From the NCBI RefSeq assembly GCF_006345805.1, contig NC_043015.1, positions 806,001 through 870,000 on the forward strand: 64,000 nt of DNA. The letters are read 5' to 3'. Source of the stretch: Octopus sinensis. Taxonomy: Eukaryota. Below, piece by piece: positions 41,068-55,893 of the stretch. Each line of letters opens with the position of its first letter. Position 1 is the first letter of the stretch. The notes beneath the pieces were generated by a model. That model saw nothing but the letters and a program-made list of their open reading frames with translations. It searched no databases and was not told the origin of the DNA. The translations under genes were made by a program, and so were the position numbers.

Positions 41068-42479
41068 TTATTTGGTCAACTTCCTCAACTTCTGTTTAAC
41101 GCCTTGATTTATATAAAACAAAATATCTTTATATTTACGCACCGAATAAGACTCATTTCCTGCTTCATACATTGTGTATATATAAAGAGAAAACTTTGCA
41201 TATATAATTAGAGTTTAATCGCTAGAGTAGCCATGATATTCGGGTGTCCTGATGGGCCAGCTCTCTTTATTTGCATTGAGTTGTAAATATATAATTGTAT
41301 TGTATGATGTATAGCATGTATATTAATGCAAAGATATAAATATCATTTTATTCCACACAAAAATTATGACAACATGAAAATGGTTGCGAAACGGCCGTAA
41401 CACTAAAAATGACATGAGGTTTGTACAAGTCCTTATTTCTGAATTCGGTAAATCCATTCAGAACTTTACAAAAGGTTAATAACCTTTCAACGTCTTTCCT
41501 TGACTTTTACAAATCCTTTCTTGGTCTTCTATTCCTGCATAATCAAAGCTTGCGTCTGAAATAATACTTCAGTCAGCCATTTATGATATTTAGCAGATAC
41601 TGCTTTTAAAACCTAGTCAATCTTTCCACCGAGGTATTTTATAGAGGCCCTGCCTTTACGGCAGTTCAAATCCAGACCTAGTATTATCACGTGATTCAAG
41701 AAATGTTGTCAGTAGCTCGATATTGAAACCTGTCGTAAACAATACTGTTAATGCATATTATCTGAGCAAGGCGAAAGATGTGTATCTTTGATAATCATTA
41801 ACACGAAGCGTATGTCCGAGTATCTGAGAAATTCGCTTTCACTGACGGATGCATCTTAGAAATATGACCTGCGGTCGTGAAGCAAGTGGATCTGATTCAA
41901 GGCTAACATATACCTAGGAGCATTCATGCAATCGTGTCTCGTATAACATACTGGACAGAAAATGAATGGCAGTTTTCGTATTCTTCATATTCGGGTCAAC
42001 CAAGCAATCCAGTTTTCAGTAAATGAAAGGTCAACTGTCACATTTCATAACGTGGTCTTCAATTTGATTTTTCCAAGTCATATGGACATGACAGCAGTAA
42101 GATTTTCTAGATGTTTGGTAAGTTCTAGCCGGAGGTTTTTCGGTGGTTGAGGAGAATTAATCGATGCCCTTGTTCACTTGCTTGTAATTATTTCTCGTTT
42201 TTGCATTGCATACACCACTAATCCAGTGTTAATCTTTTTGGAGAAGCGAACTTATTAACGTCATAGCCATGACTGCATCCATGTATAACATGAAGAGATA
42301 TATACATTTATCATGTATCATTTTATGTGGATAAGAATTATGTATAGATATCAATAATTATACAACCCGTCAGTGACACACATATACACACATAGTGATA
42401 ACATAAGCACACACAATTCTGTGCGTGGATATATGTATGCTTATATTCGTATCTGCGTATGTATGTATGCATATATATA

Positions 42480-42515
<36 letters not shown>

Positions 42516-43499
42516 GACGTTTACACTCGTACTTTAATATCATCTTGATATATCGAAAAATGATGTTAGAAATGATTTAGTAGAAATGATGGAGTAGAAA
42601 GGTGTTGAAGAGTGACAACTAAGGTGGACAAAATTTTAAGGTATAAGACTGCCTCAGATAGAGGGAAAAGTGAGCTGCTTCAACATATATCGAAACGGTG
42701 AGAGATGTATTACAATATAAATATATCCGACCGCGACTGTGTCAGCGGCTGAATCAGAATTTTCTCAGAAACAACACCCTCGTCTCTTAATCTTTCTCCT
42801 CCTTCACTTAAGATGTGGTTGAAAGACAGTGATAGATATTTTTTGAAATTTCATCTTCATAATTGTTTCTTTCATTTTTTTTGTTTCTTTATCTGCATCT
42901 CATTCTCTCTACATTCTCTCCCTCTCTCTCTCTTTAGCCCTAAACTTCTTCCTTTATATATTTCACTCTTGGTTTGTCGGTCCTTCATCTCTCTTCACTT
43001 TCTCCTTCACACCAATCTGCTGCGCGCCGTCGTGAAGAGAGTTGCTTGTCGGGAAATATTTATAAGAAAGAAATAGCGAAGAAGGAAGGGAGAATCCATC
43101 ACGTCAAACTCTTTAAAAATATGATGAAGGAGCTTTTCAGTTGTCTTGTGATGGGCATCAATGGAGCCAAAATCGACAAGGCAGGCGTCCAACAACGATG
43201 GAATGAGGACAGCGACTACGACAACGACAGCGGCCGGTTATGATTTAGGATAAAAATCCCGATGACAATTACGAGGACGATTTACGTTACGCGATGAAGG
43301 GGAGAGAAATGTCATTCTCTGATATATCTAAATTGTTGCCAGTGATAGAGTGTTTGTGAGAGAATGTTTTCCAACGACGTCCATCTTGCGTTATTCTATA
43401 AATCGGCAAAATGGCGGTGGGGGGGGGTCGGGAATGTATTGTTGTGGCTGTTGTCATCGACGTCGCCATCGTTGTTGTTGCTGTATATATATATTGTTG

Positions 43500-43537
43500 T
43501 TGTTGCTGCTCTTCTTCTTCTTCTTCTTCTTCTTCTT

Positions 43538-43568
<31 letters not shown>

Positions 43569-43570
43569 TT

Positions 43571-43625
<55 letters not shown>

Positions 43626-43626
43626 C

Positions 43627-43668
<42 letters not shown>

Positions 43669-44250
43669 TCTTCTTCTTGCCGTTATCATTCTTTTGATTT
43701 ATATATAGGTGTACATATTCACAAACACACAAACACACAAGAGCAAACACATACTCTCGCACACACATACTCTCACACACGTACATACTCTCTCACATAC
43801 ACACACGTTTCGACCTTACACCGAGTATATCGAAATATCACATTCTTATTCTAAACCAGATATTATACATTTAACAGCGATGACAAATTAAATTGATACA
43901 AAATTCATATTGCTGCTGTTGTTCTGATTTATTCTCTCCTCCTCCTCCTCCTCCTTCATCTTCTCCGTCTTCTCTTCTTCTTCTTCTTCCTCTATTTCTT
44001 CGTCTTCCTCTTCTTCTTCTTCTTCTTCATCCCCTCTTCTTGTTTTTCATCCACTCCTCTCCTTCTTCTACTTCTTCCTCCTCCTCCTCTTTTTCTTCTT
44101 CTTCTTTTCTTCTTCTTCTTCTTCTTAATATTATTTTATTATTATTATTACTACTACTACTACTATTATTATTATTATCATTATTATTATTATTATTTTA
44201 TTATTATTATTATTATTATATTATTATTATTATATTATTATTATTATTAT
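43500..44250. repeat. Compound microsatellites (TTC/TAC/CAC, CA, TCC/TTC, TTA)
   Basis: Direct reading. Confidence 0.9.
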
Positions 44251-44478
44251 TCAGTAGTTTTATTTTTATAGCGTGCTTTCACTTCACTACCGAGCGCAGC
44301 TCTGTGTGCCTTGGGTATGTGCTGTGATTTGTTGTGATGCTCTGATGGTTATTGTATGGAAAGTGTTCTGCGTAGGATGTGTGCAGTGCCTAGTAGTGCA
44401 ATTTTCTGTATGTTATATGTGTTTGTAAGTCCTGGTGTTTTTGTTATGTATTTGTCTCAATATTTTTTTATCATGCCT
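44251..44478 (-). mobile_element. 5'-truncated R4/Dong-like family 1 copy inserted in (TAA)n
   Basis: Reverse complement of 692-919 with three substitutions seen. TTA repeats on both sides. Confidence 0.93.
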
Positions 44479-44482
44479 TTTA

Positions 44483-44536
<54 letters not shown>

Positions 44537-45362
44537 TATTATTATTATCATCATCATCATCATCATCATCATACTTCTCTATTTTTTTCGATGATAGATT
44601 TTGTCAATGAAAGAAAAGAAATCTTCCTGAATTTGCAGGCTTTGACTCGCGATACTTAAAACAAAGGAACCGAAGAGTTTCGCATTCAGCTAAACCCTAG
44701 TTAAATTCTTTAACTAGCATTTACATGCGGAAGACGATGGTAGTAAAAACTGGGGTACAGTTACTTCATTCCCAGCAAATTTGCCGAGTGGAAATTCAGA
44801 GTGCCAAATATGAGCAACATAAAGATATCTGCTTCTAAAATGGTGTACATCACGATACATCGTATTTGGAAGAGGTCTTTGGACACAGGAATATGCAGTA
44901 TACTGGACTTAAGTTTGATTCCCTCTGTGGATGATCCCCAGTGGTTTTTCAGTATTGTGATATCTCTGTTTACAGGTTTTGGATATTTATGCCTCTATGT
45001 CCTATAACAAGCCAGTAAAATCCCACAATTTTCTGTAATGTTCCTTTCTTGTCAACATTCGTGGAAGATATCCTTCTCTAATAATCATCATTATCTCTCT
45101 TCTCCTTCTTCTCCTGCTACTTCTCATCATTATTATCATCGCCATCAGCAGCAACAGCAATAGCAATAGCAACGGCGTAATCAGGAGCAGCAGCAGCTAC
45201 AGCAGCGCAAAGTGTCAGAGATTTATATTTAGCAATACCATAATCACTGCTTCACTATTTTCGTCTAATAAATATGTATTTCTTGGGATTCGAGAAGAAT
45301 GCCAAGGATTTTAACATTTCCAAAAAGAATGTTTGCTTTATGCACGGTATACATACTCAGTG

Positions 45363-45468
<106 letters not shown>

Positions 45469-45639
45469 ATATATATATGTGTGTGTGTGTATATGTATAT
45501 ATATATATGTATATATATATATACATATATATATATGTATATATGTATATATATGTATGCATATATATATATATATGTATGCATATATATATATATATAT
45601 ATATATGTATGCATATGTATATTTATATATATTACTTTG

Positions 45640-45860
45640 TTGCTCAGAAGTGGCTAAAAATAAAGGAGACAAGCAAGGACATACAGAGAGATTAAGTCGA
45701 TTACATGGAAGTCAATGCGTAACCGATACTTACTTAATCGACCCCGAAAGGATGAAAGCCAAAGTTGACTTCAGCTGAATATGAACACAGAATGTAACAT
45801 CATACAATATACTGCTAAGCATTTCACCCGTCGTGCTAAAGATTCTGCATCTCGCCGCAT
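45640..45860 (-). mobile_element. Diverged SINE family M copy
   Basis: TTAATCGACCCCGAAAGGATGAAAGCCAAAGTTGAC core. Confidence 0.75.
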
Positions 45861-47110
45861 CATATATGTATATATATATATTAAGCTATACATACATATA
45901 TATGTATACACACTCACACGCAGACATATATATGTATGCATGTTAATATATATGTATGTATATTAAATTACGTACACACATATATATATATATATACACA
46001 CACATACACACATATATAAATATATATCAACATATATAAAACACACACGCACACAGGGACTCGCATGCCCTTCCACACTCACATATAAGCAAATGTACTT
46101 ATGTATATAGTAAAGTGCATTTTAACATTCATTAGATATTAATATTACGTGTGTTTCACGTGTGTATTGTACAAGATCGTGCTGGCGTGTGTGTGTGTAT
46201 GGGTGAGTTAACTAGCACGTATGATTGTGTGTATGTCTTGCTGTCTGTCTGTCTATCCTTCAAGCTTTCAGTGTTATATCATTTTCGGTATTCGTGTGTT
46301 TCCAACGGAATTAACAATATCATGTAAAATCTGGCAGATATTCTATAGAAAGAAAAAAACTGAAGAAAGGAAAACAACTAAAAAAAAATAAGAAAAAGAC
46401 AAAAGAGGAACGAAGCATGCAAAAAAATCAATAGACGAATGATTAAAGGAATGGATTTATAAGAGAATAACTGAATAAAGGATTGACTGATGTAATGAAT
46501 GATTGGAAATTGTAGTGACAAATATGAACCTTACATACTGTGCATATACATGAACATATATATACATATATGTGTGTGTGTATGTGTGTGTTTATGTGTG
46601 TATATTTATCATGTATACGTACATTTATATGCATTCCTATTAGAAATATATAAAAAAAAATGGAGTGTTATTTCCAAACTTCACAAGTGTAACATGGCGG
46701 CTCATCTTATAATGCATATAAAGATGACAGACATTTTTTCTCGGTATTTTGTGTTTGATATGTGTGTGTGTACGTGTGTGTGTGTATGTTTGTGTGTGCA
46801 TGTGTGTAAGCTTACGTGTGTTTGTGTGTGTGTAATTTTATTTCGACCATTTTATTGCTTCGTAATTCAATTTTCTGTTTTAACATTTAAAACACAATAG
46901 ACGGATAGCTTTTTTCCGCACTCTTTTATACAATTTATATTTCATCTTTTTTTAGCAATCCTATGAGCAGTCACAGAGACACACTCACACACTAACACAC
47001 ATAAACATATACTTAAGCGTATATACATATGTATAATTGTGTGCGCGTATATATATATATATTTATTATATATAAATCTATATATGAATGTATATATATA
47101 TGTATATACA

Positions 47111-47160
<50 letters not shown>

Positions 47161-47984
47161 TGTATTTGTATGTATCGTTGCATGGGTATTCGTTTATGAA
47201 CCCCCTTACGCATATGGCTGTATGCGTAAATCTATGTGCGCGCTTTCGCATTTCCCATGTGCAACATTGCATTAAACTGCAGATGCAGTGATTGATAAGA
47301 AGCCGCTGCATCAGAGTAACTGGACACAGTAAGTAGAATTCAATTTGACAATTCCCAACAATGAATACAAACGTAACCTAATTACTTCTGACTTACTTTT
47401 TTTGTTATTATATCGTTCTTGTTTTATACGAGTGTCAGTTTTGCCTTCCTTGTGTTTCATTTTTTGTATTTTTATAACGCATTTCTCCTCATTTACTTTT
47501 TTCTGCATATTTTACATAAAAAAATTGTGAACAAAAATAGGAAAATACAATGGCCGTGTTAGCGTTGCATGTATTTACGTTATTGCTATTTTCAATGTTG
47601 TTGTTATGGTTGTGATAGCTGTTTATATGTTCATTTGTTTTAGCTTGTTATTATGGCTATATTAGTTATTTATTACGTTCGCTTTCTTTGTTTTTGCCAT
47701 CGCCGTTGTTGTTTCTCTTAATTCTGTGTTGTCGTTGTTATTGATGTTGTTTATTGTTGCTGTTGTTATAGTTACTGCAAATATGTCGATGTTACCAATA
47801 TCTATTGTGGAATATTTTTTGTTACCATTGATCTAGTTGTCAATGGATATAAAGTTTATCCCTATATTGCAAGGTGCGTACAGGCCTCTTATTCGTCGAG
47901 TCAATGTACGAAACAGTATACAATTATACCATCAAATAATTAATACAGAACGTGCATTAATTATAAACAGTGTACTTTACAGTT

Positions 47985-48210
47985 TGTGAAGGCACATTCC
48001 TTGGTGGTTAGTGTTTCTGGTTCACAATTTAGAGGTAGTGAGTTTCATTCTCGGACAGAGCTATATGTTGTGTTCTTGAGCAAGACATTTTATTTTGTGT
48101 TTCTTCAGTTCACTCAGCTGTAGAAATGAGATATGACGTCACTGGTGCCAAGCTGTATCTGCCTTTGCCTGTTCCTTGGATAACATAATTGGCGTGAAGT
48201 GAGGAAGCTG
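47985..48210 (+). mobile_element. Diverged SINE related to family A
   Basis: GTTGTGTTCTTGAGCAAGACA and CAGTTCACTCAGCTG shared with 2307-2570. 3' part differs. Confidence 0.55.
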
Positions 48211-48299
48211 GTATTTAATCCCATACTTCAATATACACTTACGAAAATTTTATTCCCTCCACGCTCACAAAACTCAGACGCAAGTATAAGTATATAAGT

Positions 48300-48568
48300 A
48301 AAATAAATAAATAAATAAATGCGCCCTTTTAAAGCCTAGTCAAGTTCATGGGCCCGGTTTCCCGGTTTCAATGGCGTATGTGTTCTGTAGCTGAACGGGA
48401 CGCCAGTCCATTGCAGCGTTACTCATTTTTACCAACTGAGTGGACTGGAGCAACGTGAAATGAAGTGTTTTGCTGAAGAACACAATGCGTCGCCCGGTCC
48501 AGGAATCGAAACCACAATGTTATGATCATAGTACTGACACCCTAACCACTGATCCACGCGCCTCCACA
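48300..48568 (-). mobile_element. tRNA-derived SINE family A, full-length
   Basis: (AAAT)n tail, body and head TGTGGAGGCGCGTGG match 2307-2570. Confidence 0.88.
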
Positions 48569-49558
48569 TAAGTATATAAGTGCAAGAATATATATGACTA
48601 CATGTGTGTGTGTGTGTATATGTATAGATGTATGCGTTTGGTCCATACATCTGTTATTACATATACATACGTACATGCAGACTTACATACTATTTCAAAC
48701 GCGACGAGATCCAGTATTTCGATGTCTGTGATGGTAAAATACATACCATTCCTCTTGGAAATTCAATAATATTCTTCTCACAAATACGAATTGTTGTTTT
48801 TCCTTTTTTCTTTTTACACAAGTTCCACTGCAACTTGCACATATTTTTCGCGCTCATTATATAAATCTATCGTTGCATTCAATTGATGTCGCCATTTCAA
48901 TATTTTTTTTCTTGGAGTATGTGTAATAATTTGTTATACGCTTGCATGCTTGTGTATTTGGTTTTAAGTCTCGTAGAATTATTTTCTTCATATTCCTCGT
49001 TTTGCTTTAACGTGCGAATGCGATTCCTTGTACGTTTGCATCTATAAGTATCTACGTTTTTGTATGTGTTTGTGTGTGCATATGTGTACTTTCATGCTTA
49101 TATGTGTGCACAAGTTTGTGTGATCATGCATGTGTATGTGTGAAGCTAAGTAATTCACATGCTTGGTTCAACTACGTAAGCCAAGATATCTTGCATGTTT
49201 CATATCTTGCACTCGTCTTACATTTTATCGGTGTTCTCGCATTATGCATAACTATAATTTTATGTGCGCATATAACCCAAACATGCTCACTCAGAGGGAT
49301 TCACACATACACATATATACACGCGCTTATATATATATGTGTGTTTGTATATTATTATGCTTGTACTTAACTAGAATATTTTAATACTTAAAATCTCGTG
49401 TTGTATCCGTCTGAACTGATTGGGTGTAGATGTAAAATATATATAAGCACACACTTACAGACAGCCAGGAATATACTACACACACACATGTATATAAATG
49501 TACCTAATGCATATATGCATGTATCTATCTATCTATCTATCTATATATATATATTTAT

Positions 49559-49637
<79 letters not shown>

Positions 49638-49732
49638 CATATGCTTGTATATGTGTGCTTATGGATGCATGTATATATATGTATATATTTTATATATATA
49701 CATATTTATATATATATATCACTATATATATG

Positions 49733-49821
<89 letters not shown>

Positions 49822-50097
49822 TATATGTACATGCATCCATAAGCACACACATACAAGCATGTGTGTGTGAGTTTGTATTTAATATACACACATATACATA
49901 TATGTACACTTTGTACAGTTTAGTTTGATATTGGTTTGATATTGATCAAATGGAAAAGTATTTTTCTACATCTTTAGATGTTTAAGTTCAGGCGCAGTTA
50001 TGACTTTTAATTTTTAATATTGCTACTTCGTGTTATTTTTCATCATACACAGATGAGACTATGTTGCCATTTTTCTATTTCTTTTCTCCTCCTTCAG

Positions 50098-50271
<174 letters not shown>

Positions 50272-50862
50272 TTCTCTAAATCACAGGTTTTGTTGAAGCT
50301 CTTGGTACCATGCTATTCACCCCTTTCAGCTGTCTAATACTTTACTGGTTATTCTGGCCGTGCGAAGGAGGCAAACCTTTTGTAACAGTTCTACTGGTCA
50401 CTCTAGTCGAATTTCCTTTATATTCCTCCTGATGACTTCTGATACTGTTCCCAAGGACCCAATAATAATTGGAACAAATCTTCGCCTTCTTCATTTTCCA
50501 TAGCCGGGCTATTTCGTACTTAAGAAGGTTGTATCTATCTCTCTTTTTGCATTCCTTCTTGACTATTCCTGGTTCAAAGGTGCATACCACGTCAACTATA
50601 TAGCATATGTGGTGCACCGTGTCCACTACCACTAAATCCGGTCCGTTATGCTCAAGCACCTGATCTGTTTAGGGTGGTAAATCCCAGAGTATTTTGCTAG
50701 TCCCTGATTCCGTCACTTTCTGCGGTTTGTGTTCATATCACGTCTTGCGTATCACTAGTTCCCACTTTTCGCACATTTTCCAGTGGAGCACTTTCGCTAC
50801 ATGGGCCTGTCGCCACAAATTGTAATGGTTGTGGGCAAGTCTAGTGCATTCGTTCGTGACCT
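50272..50862 (-). pseudogene. Decayed R4/Dong-like RLE retrotransposon 3' end (family distinct from family 1)
   Basis: Minus-strand translation VTNECTRLAHNHY...HVAKVLHWKMCEKW...YEHKPQKVTES...KILWD...PDLVVVD...YIVDV. 3' end abuts (TAA)n. Confidence 0.85.
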
Positions 50863-52014
50863 TGTAAAATGTCATCTTGAATTTCGGTGACAAAACTCAA
50901 TGACGGTACTTTTCTGTAGGTCTTCAATGCGAGTTTCACACCCAATATATGGCAGTGTTTCAGGTACCCTTTATAGTGTTGTAGGAAGTGCAACACTGAC
51001 ACGTACTCACTCATACACATGCGCATATATATATTATATATATATATATATACTCCTGTACAATTTTGAGCAGCTTACGAATATCTTATTTCACGAACTA
51101 CACTGCGGTCATGTTGGAGCACTGCCTTGAAGTATGCAACGAATAGTCAATGTAACTAACAAAAGTTGAAACTTACGTTAGAAACACACTTTATCAGTCT
51201 CTCATTGCTGTGCCGCTAAATCACTTTCATGGATATAAATCTACAATGGTTGCTCAGTCGCTAAAAGAAATACTTGCACATCTATAACACACATATACAT
51301 ATATACATTCACACATACACACACATGTACATACATAAAATGCATAAACGTGTCACTACGGGCGTCAGAGTTATAAATCCATGCGACGGTTTAAGTGGAG
51401 TTACTGCTACATCTTAATTATCATTAACAAAGCAGAATGATAAACTTATTTAAGGAGAAATTAAGATAGGTCTCGGGTGAAAGGATGTGGAAAGACCTGT
51501 CTAACAAATGGTCATCCGTTTCAAATTAACTCTGTCTCAGGTCATTCAAATTTGTAATATATGACCTGGGGTTGAATAAAATGAAAGCTTTCATCATCTC
51601 TCTGATGCGATTCTAGTAAATTAATTTAACCCTTTATATACAAAGCCCTAATATAGTTCGTATTCTTCAATTGGGACTTGTTTTAGTGGGTTACTCGGCA
51701 GTCAAGTGTTCTATGAAATGGCCTAAAGGTATATAATGTTAACGAGACTTTCTGTAGACGAAAATGCGTTTCCAAAAGGGTTTTTCTTCCTTTTTATTTT
51801 ATTTTTTTTGGTTCTTCTTTAGTTAATTTTCTCATTTCCATACGATTTTCAGTTCCGCACGAGTGATTTAAAAATAATAATAATAATAATGATGATGATG
51901 ATGCTATTGTTGACGACGACTTCAACAACAACAACAACAACAACAACAACAACCACAACAACAGCAACAACCAATAATAATAATAATATTAATAATAATA
52001 ATAATGATGATGAA

Positions 52015-52080
<66 letters not shown>

Positions 52081-52521
52081 TAGTAATAATAACAACAACA
52101 AAAACAGCAACAACAACAGTGACTAGATCTTCTCCATCTTGACCTTAATGAAGTAACGAATATAGCTGTAAGGGATATTTTCTGTTTCTTGCAAAAGCGA
52201 CGATACATAACATTAAAACATCTGTGACAAAATTTATTCTTAGGGTCGAAAGTAACATGACATGCATGGCACTAGAAATAATGCAATTAGAGTGAGATGA
52301 GGCCAAAAACAAACAAACAAAAAAAACCAGACAGATGTAGCTTACCTTTATCTGCTAGAAAAAAGGAAAAACAAAGCAAACATTATTCAATCCGCACCTT
52401 ACACTCTTCGACTTCAAGTACACTCCATATTACGATGTAGACAAAATCACGATATATATATACTCCTGGAAAGCGATTGATCACAGCTGCCTATATGCAG
52501 AGATTGCTGGAAGGTGTATAA

Positions 52522-52586
<65 letters not shown>

Positions 52587-52627
52587 CCACCATCATCATC
52601 ATCATCATCATCACCATCGTCATCATC

Positions 52628-52665
<38 letters not shown>

Positions 52666-52666
<1 letters not shown>

Positions 52667-53220
52667 GAGTAAGAGAGCAGTGCATGCCATCAAAGTGACA
52701 CTGGGGTAAAATATACGAAGCCCAGTATACCCATCATGACTACCCGTCTGATAAGGGTACACTAAGCACATGTATCACAACCATATGTGCGCCACATGGT
52801 GATCTCATATCAGGATAAAAATCACATGACCTTGCAGGTGGGGCCCAGTTAGAATTTTCTTCTGGTAGGATAACCCATCCCACTCAAAAGGTCCCTGATT
52901 AAGGGTTGTTTAAGGATGTTGAATAAAACACCCATGTTTCCAGAGGTGAATCATTCAAACCCCAAAGAATCCCTCTCAACACATGGCTATGATACTCCCC
53001 CACTACTTCTGCTCGTGATCAAAGATGCACATATCGTCAGCCACTAAGGGACATGCTCAACTGGTTATGGTCAAACAACTGACAAGCAAATCTGTGGTAT
53101 TGAGCAGAATATTTGCTGTAGCCCATCTTTTATACCAAGACAAAACAATGTACATGTTAACACTTCCAATCAGTTAAGATCAGAAGCCATGAGAGCCACT
53201 GCCTGGTACTGCATCAGGGC

Positions 53221-53223
<3 letters not shown>
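52666..53223 (-). mobile_element. 558-bp non-coding (TAA)n-embedded element
   Basis: Flanked by (TTA)n on both sides, with no long ORF. Homologues at 953-1270 and 53296-53381. Confidence 0.8.
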
Positions 53224-53295
<72 letters not shown>

Positions 53296-53296
<1 letters not shown>

Positions 53297-53380
53297 GAGT
53301 GAGAGAGCAGTTCATGCCATCAAAGTGACACTGGGGTAAAATATACGAAGCCCAATATACCCATCATGACTACCCGTCTG

Positions 53381-53381
<1 letters not shown>
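53296..53381 (-). mobile_element. 5'-truncated copy (3' ~86 nt) of the same element
   Basis: Near-identical to 52666-52751. (TTA)n on both sides. Confidence 0.85.
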
Positions 53382-53457
<76 letters not shown>

Positions 53458-53943
53458 CAGCAGTAGTTAAAAAGGTATTAGATATTAATTCAGTTAGTTG
53501 GGATGTTATCATGTGGGTTTATAACAGCAAGTCATTTCAAATCTCAATCAATTTTTGTGCCATTTTTGCAGGAAAGAGGATGGCATTTTTCTGTGAGTTA
53601 AACATAAGTCTCAATCTCCAATAACCTTTAGAACCTAAGGTAATGCTGTGCGCTTGCTTTGTGTGATTGTAACAGTTAATATAGGGATAATTTTGACCTT
53701 TCATTTATACGAACTCCCCATTTCTCTGTCTGGGTCCTATTATTTCTTAATAAATATTTTCAATCTATTTCATTTGCACTCTAATATATTAATGTATAGC
53801 ACTACAAAGAATATGATCTTAAATTGTTTTTTTTTCTTAAATTTTTACACCTGAGGAGGTATTTTGTCCCTTTGAGCCCATGCTATGGGCAGTCATTATG
53901 AACAAATACCATAAATCGTTGTACGTATATTACTCAGCAACAT

Positions 53944-54257
53944 AAGACGGTGAGCTAGCAGAATCGTTTGAATGCAAGGTAAAATGCTTACTCTCTTTTA
54001 CTTTTTGTCAGTCATTTGACTGTGGCCATGCTGGAGCACCGCCTTTAGTCGAACAAGTCGACCACAGGACTTATTCTTTGTAAGCCTATCACTTATTCTA
54101 TCGATCTCTTTTGCCAAACCGCTAAGTTACGGGGAGGTAAACACACCACCATCGGTTTTCAAGCGATGTTGGGGGAGGACAAAGACAGGCACACAAACAT
54201 ATAAATACACATATGTACATAAATATATATGTATATATGTATATATGTATGTACATA

Positions 54258-54329
<72 letters not shown>

Positions 54330-54512
54330 ACATACGACAGGCTTCTTTCAGTTTCTGCTTAGCGGTATTTGTTCTGTCTTTACGTTCTGAGTTCAAATTC
54401 AGCCAAGGTCACTTTCATCCTTTCGGGTTCGATTATTTAAGTACCAGTTCCTTTCTGGAATCTATATAATAGATTGGCCCCCTCTCCATAAATTTCGGGC
54501 GTTTTGCTTAGT
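53944..54512 (+). mobile_element. SINE family M (tail 2) split by a SINE family C insertion (53991-54355, minus) with TGCTTA TSD
   Basis: Head ...AAAATGCTTA (53985-53990) resumes as TGCTTAGCGGTATT (54356-54361). Confidence 0.85.
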
Positions 54513-54520
54513 GTAGAAAA

Positions 54521-54555
<35 letters not shown>

Positions 54556-54710
54556 CACGATGGCCTTCTTTCAGAATCCTTCTACCAAATCCATACAAGG
54601 CAGACGGGGCTATAGTAGACGATACGTAGGCAAGGCGTCACACAGTGATATTGAACACAGAGCCATGTGATTCAGAAACGAACATATTACCACATAACCA
54701 CGCCTGCGCC
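54556..54710 (-). mobile_element. Diverged SINE family C 5' half
   Basis: CTACCAAATCC, GGCTATAGTAGA and AGCCATGTG match family C. Confidence 0.6.
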
Positions 54711-55155
54711 TACGTTCCAAACTATTTTTTCCTGCTTGGTTTATCATTAACACAACTATTATCATTTTATTACGATTGGTTTCGTCTGCAGTTACTACTT
54801 ATACTTCTGACGCTGTTACTGATGTTGTTGCTACTGTTGTGGTCGCTGTTACTGTTATTGAAGTTCCGTACACTTTTTCTTAGAATATCTTCCTAACAGA
54901 ATAGCGAATTCTGTTTATTTTATAGAATGTTTGAAAGTGCCCTGTAGCATATTTTACACACGATATTAAATTCTTGAAATTCTTTAACAAAAATCAATAC
55001 TTTGTGTGTACGTGAGAATAGTCTCACACGTATACACTCATAGAGACTGTTATTTAGACACACACACTCACACGAAAAAAAAATACCCGACACAAGTATT
55101 ACGTATATTGCTGTAATAAATGTATATATGTACGTAAATGCGTCGGTGTATGGTG

Positions 55156-55189
<34 letters not shown>

Positions 55190-55245
55190 ATATATATATA
55201 ATATATATATATAGATATAGATATAGATATATGTTTATATATATA

Positions 55246-55276
<31 letters not shown>

Positions 55277-55893
55277 ATGTTTATATATTATATATATATA
55301 TTATATATATATATACACATATATATATGCATATACATATATATATGTATCTATATATATATTTATGTATATATATATATATATATTTTGGCATATATAT
55401 ATATATAATCATATTAAAGCTTATTTCGCTTGTATCAGTCATTAGACTGCGGCCATGCTGGGGCACATGTCTATGTCTGAATACTTACACAAACACACAC
55501 ACAGACACACACACACACTTATTTGTGCGTGTTTTGCTATAAAGATGAATGTGTTTGTTGTTTGTGGATGTGTTAATTTGCTCTGCCGTGATTTTCTACA
55601 TTTGATTTTGAGGTCTTCTCATTTATTATTCTTTCTTATTCTCTTTCCTTCTCTTTCGTTTTGTATTGTTACATTCACACATATCAGACTTTCCAAATTT
55701 GAGCTCGATTTCGTAGCTGTAGTAAGTTTGAATGCACTTACAGTAGTTCATTAGTTTATGAAAATACAGTCGCGTTCGAAAATTTGAGAAACAAATGTTG
55801 AAAACCTTAAACAAGGGAAAGAACTGTGTTCTTCCTTGCTTTAACTTTTAATTTTTATTTACCTGAATAATTTTATTATTTTGGAAATAATTA

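Noticed and set aside
41400-42300. Long non-microsatellite stretch, possibly a decayed LINE or host exon
   Set aside because: No consistent RT, transposase or other protein motif in the frames I examined. Needs BLASTX.
42974-43243. 89-aa ORF in the CpG-containing island
   Set aside because: Non-ATG start in the track, no recognisable family, no splice support.
44790-44950. Short peptide IWKRSLDTG resembling CR1-type RT
   Set aside because: Only one short motif; flanking RT motifs are not recoverable.
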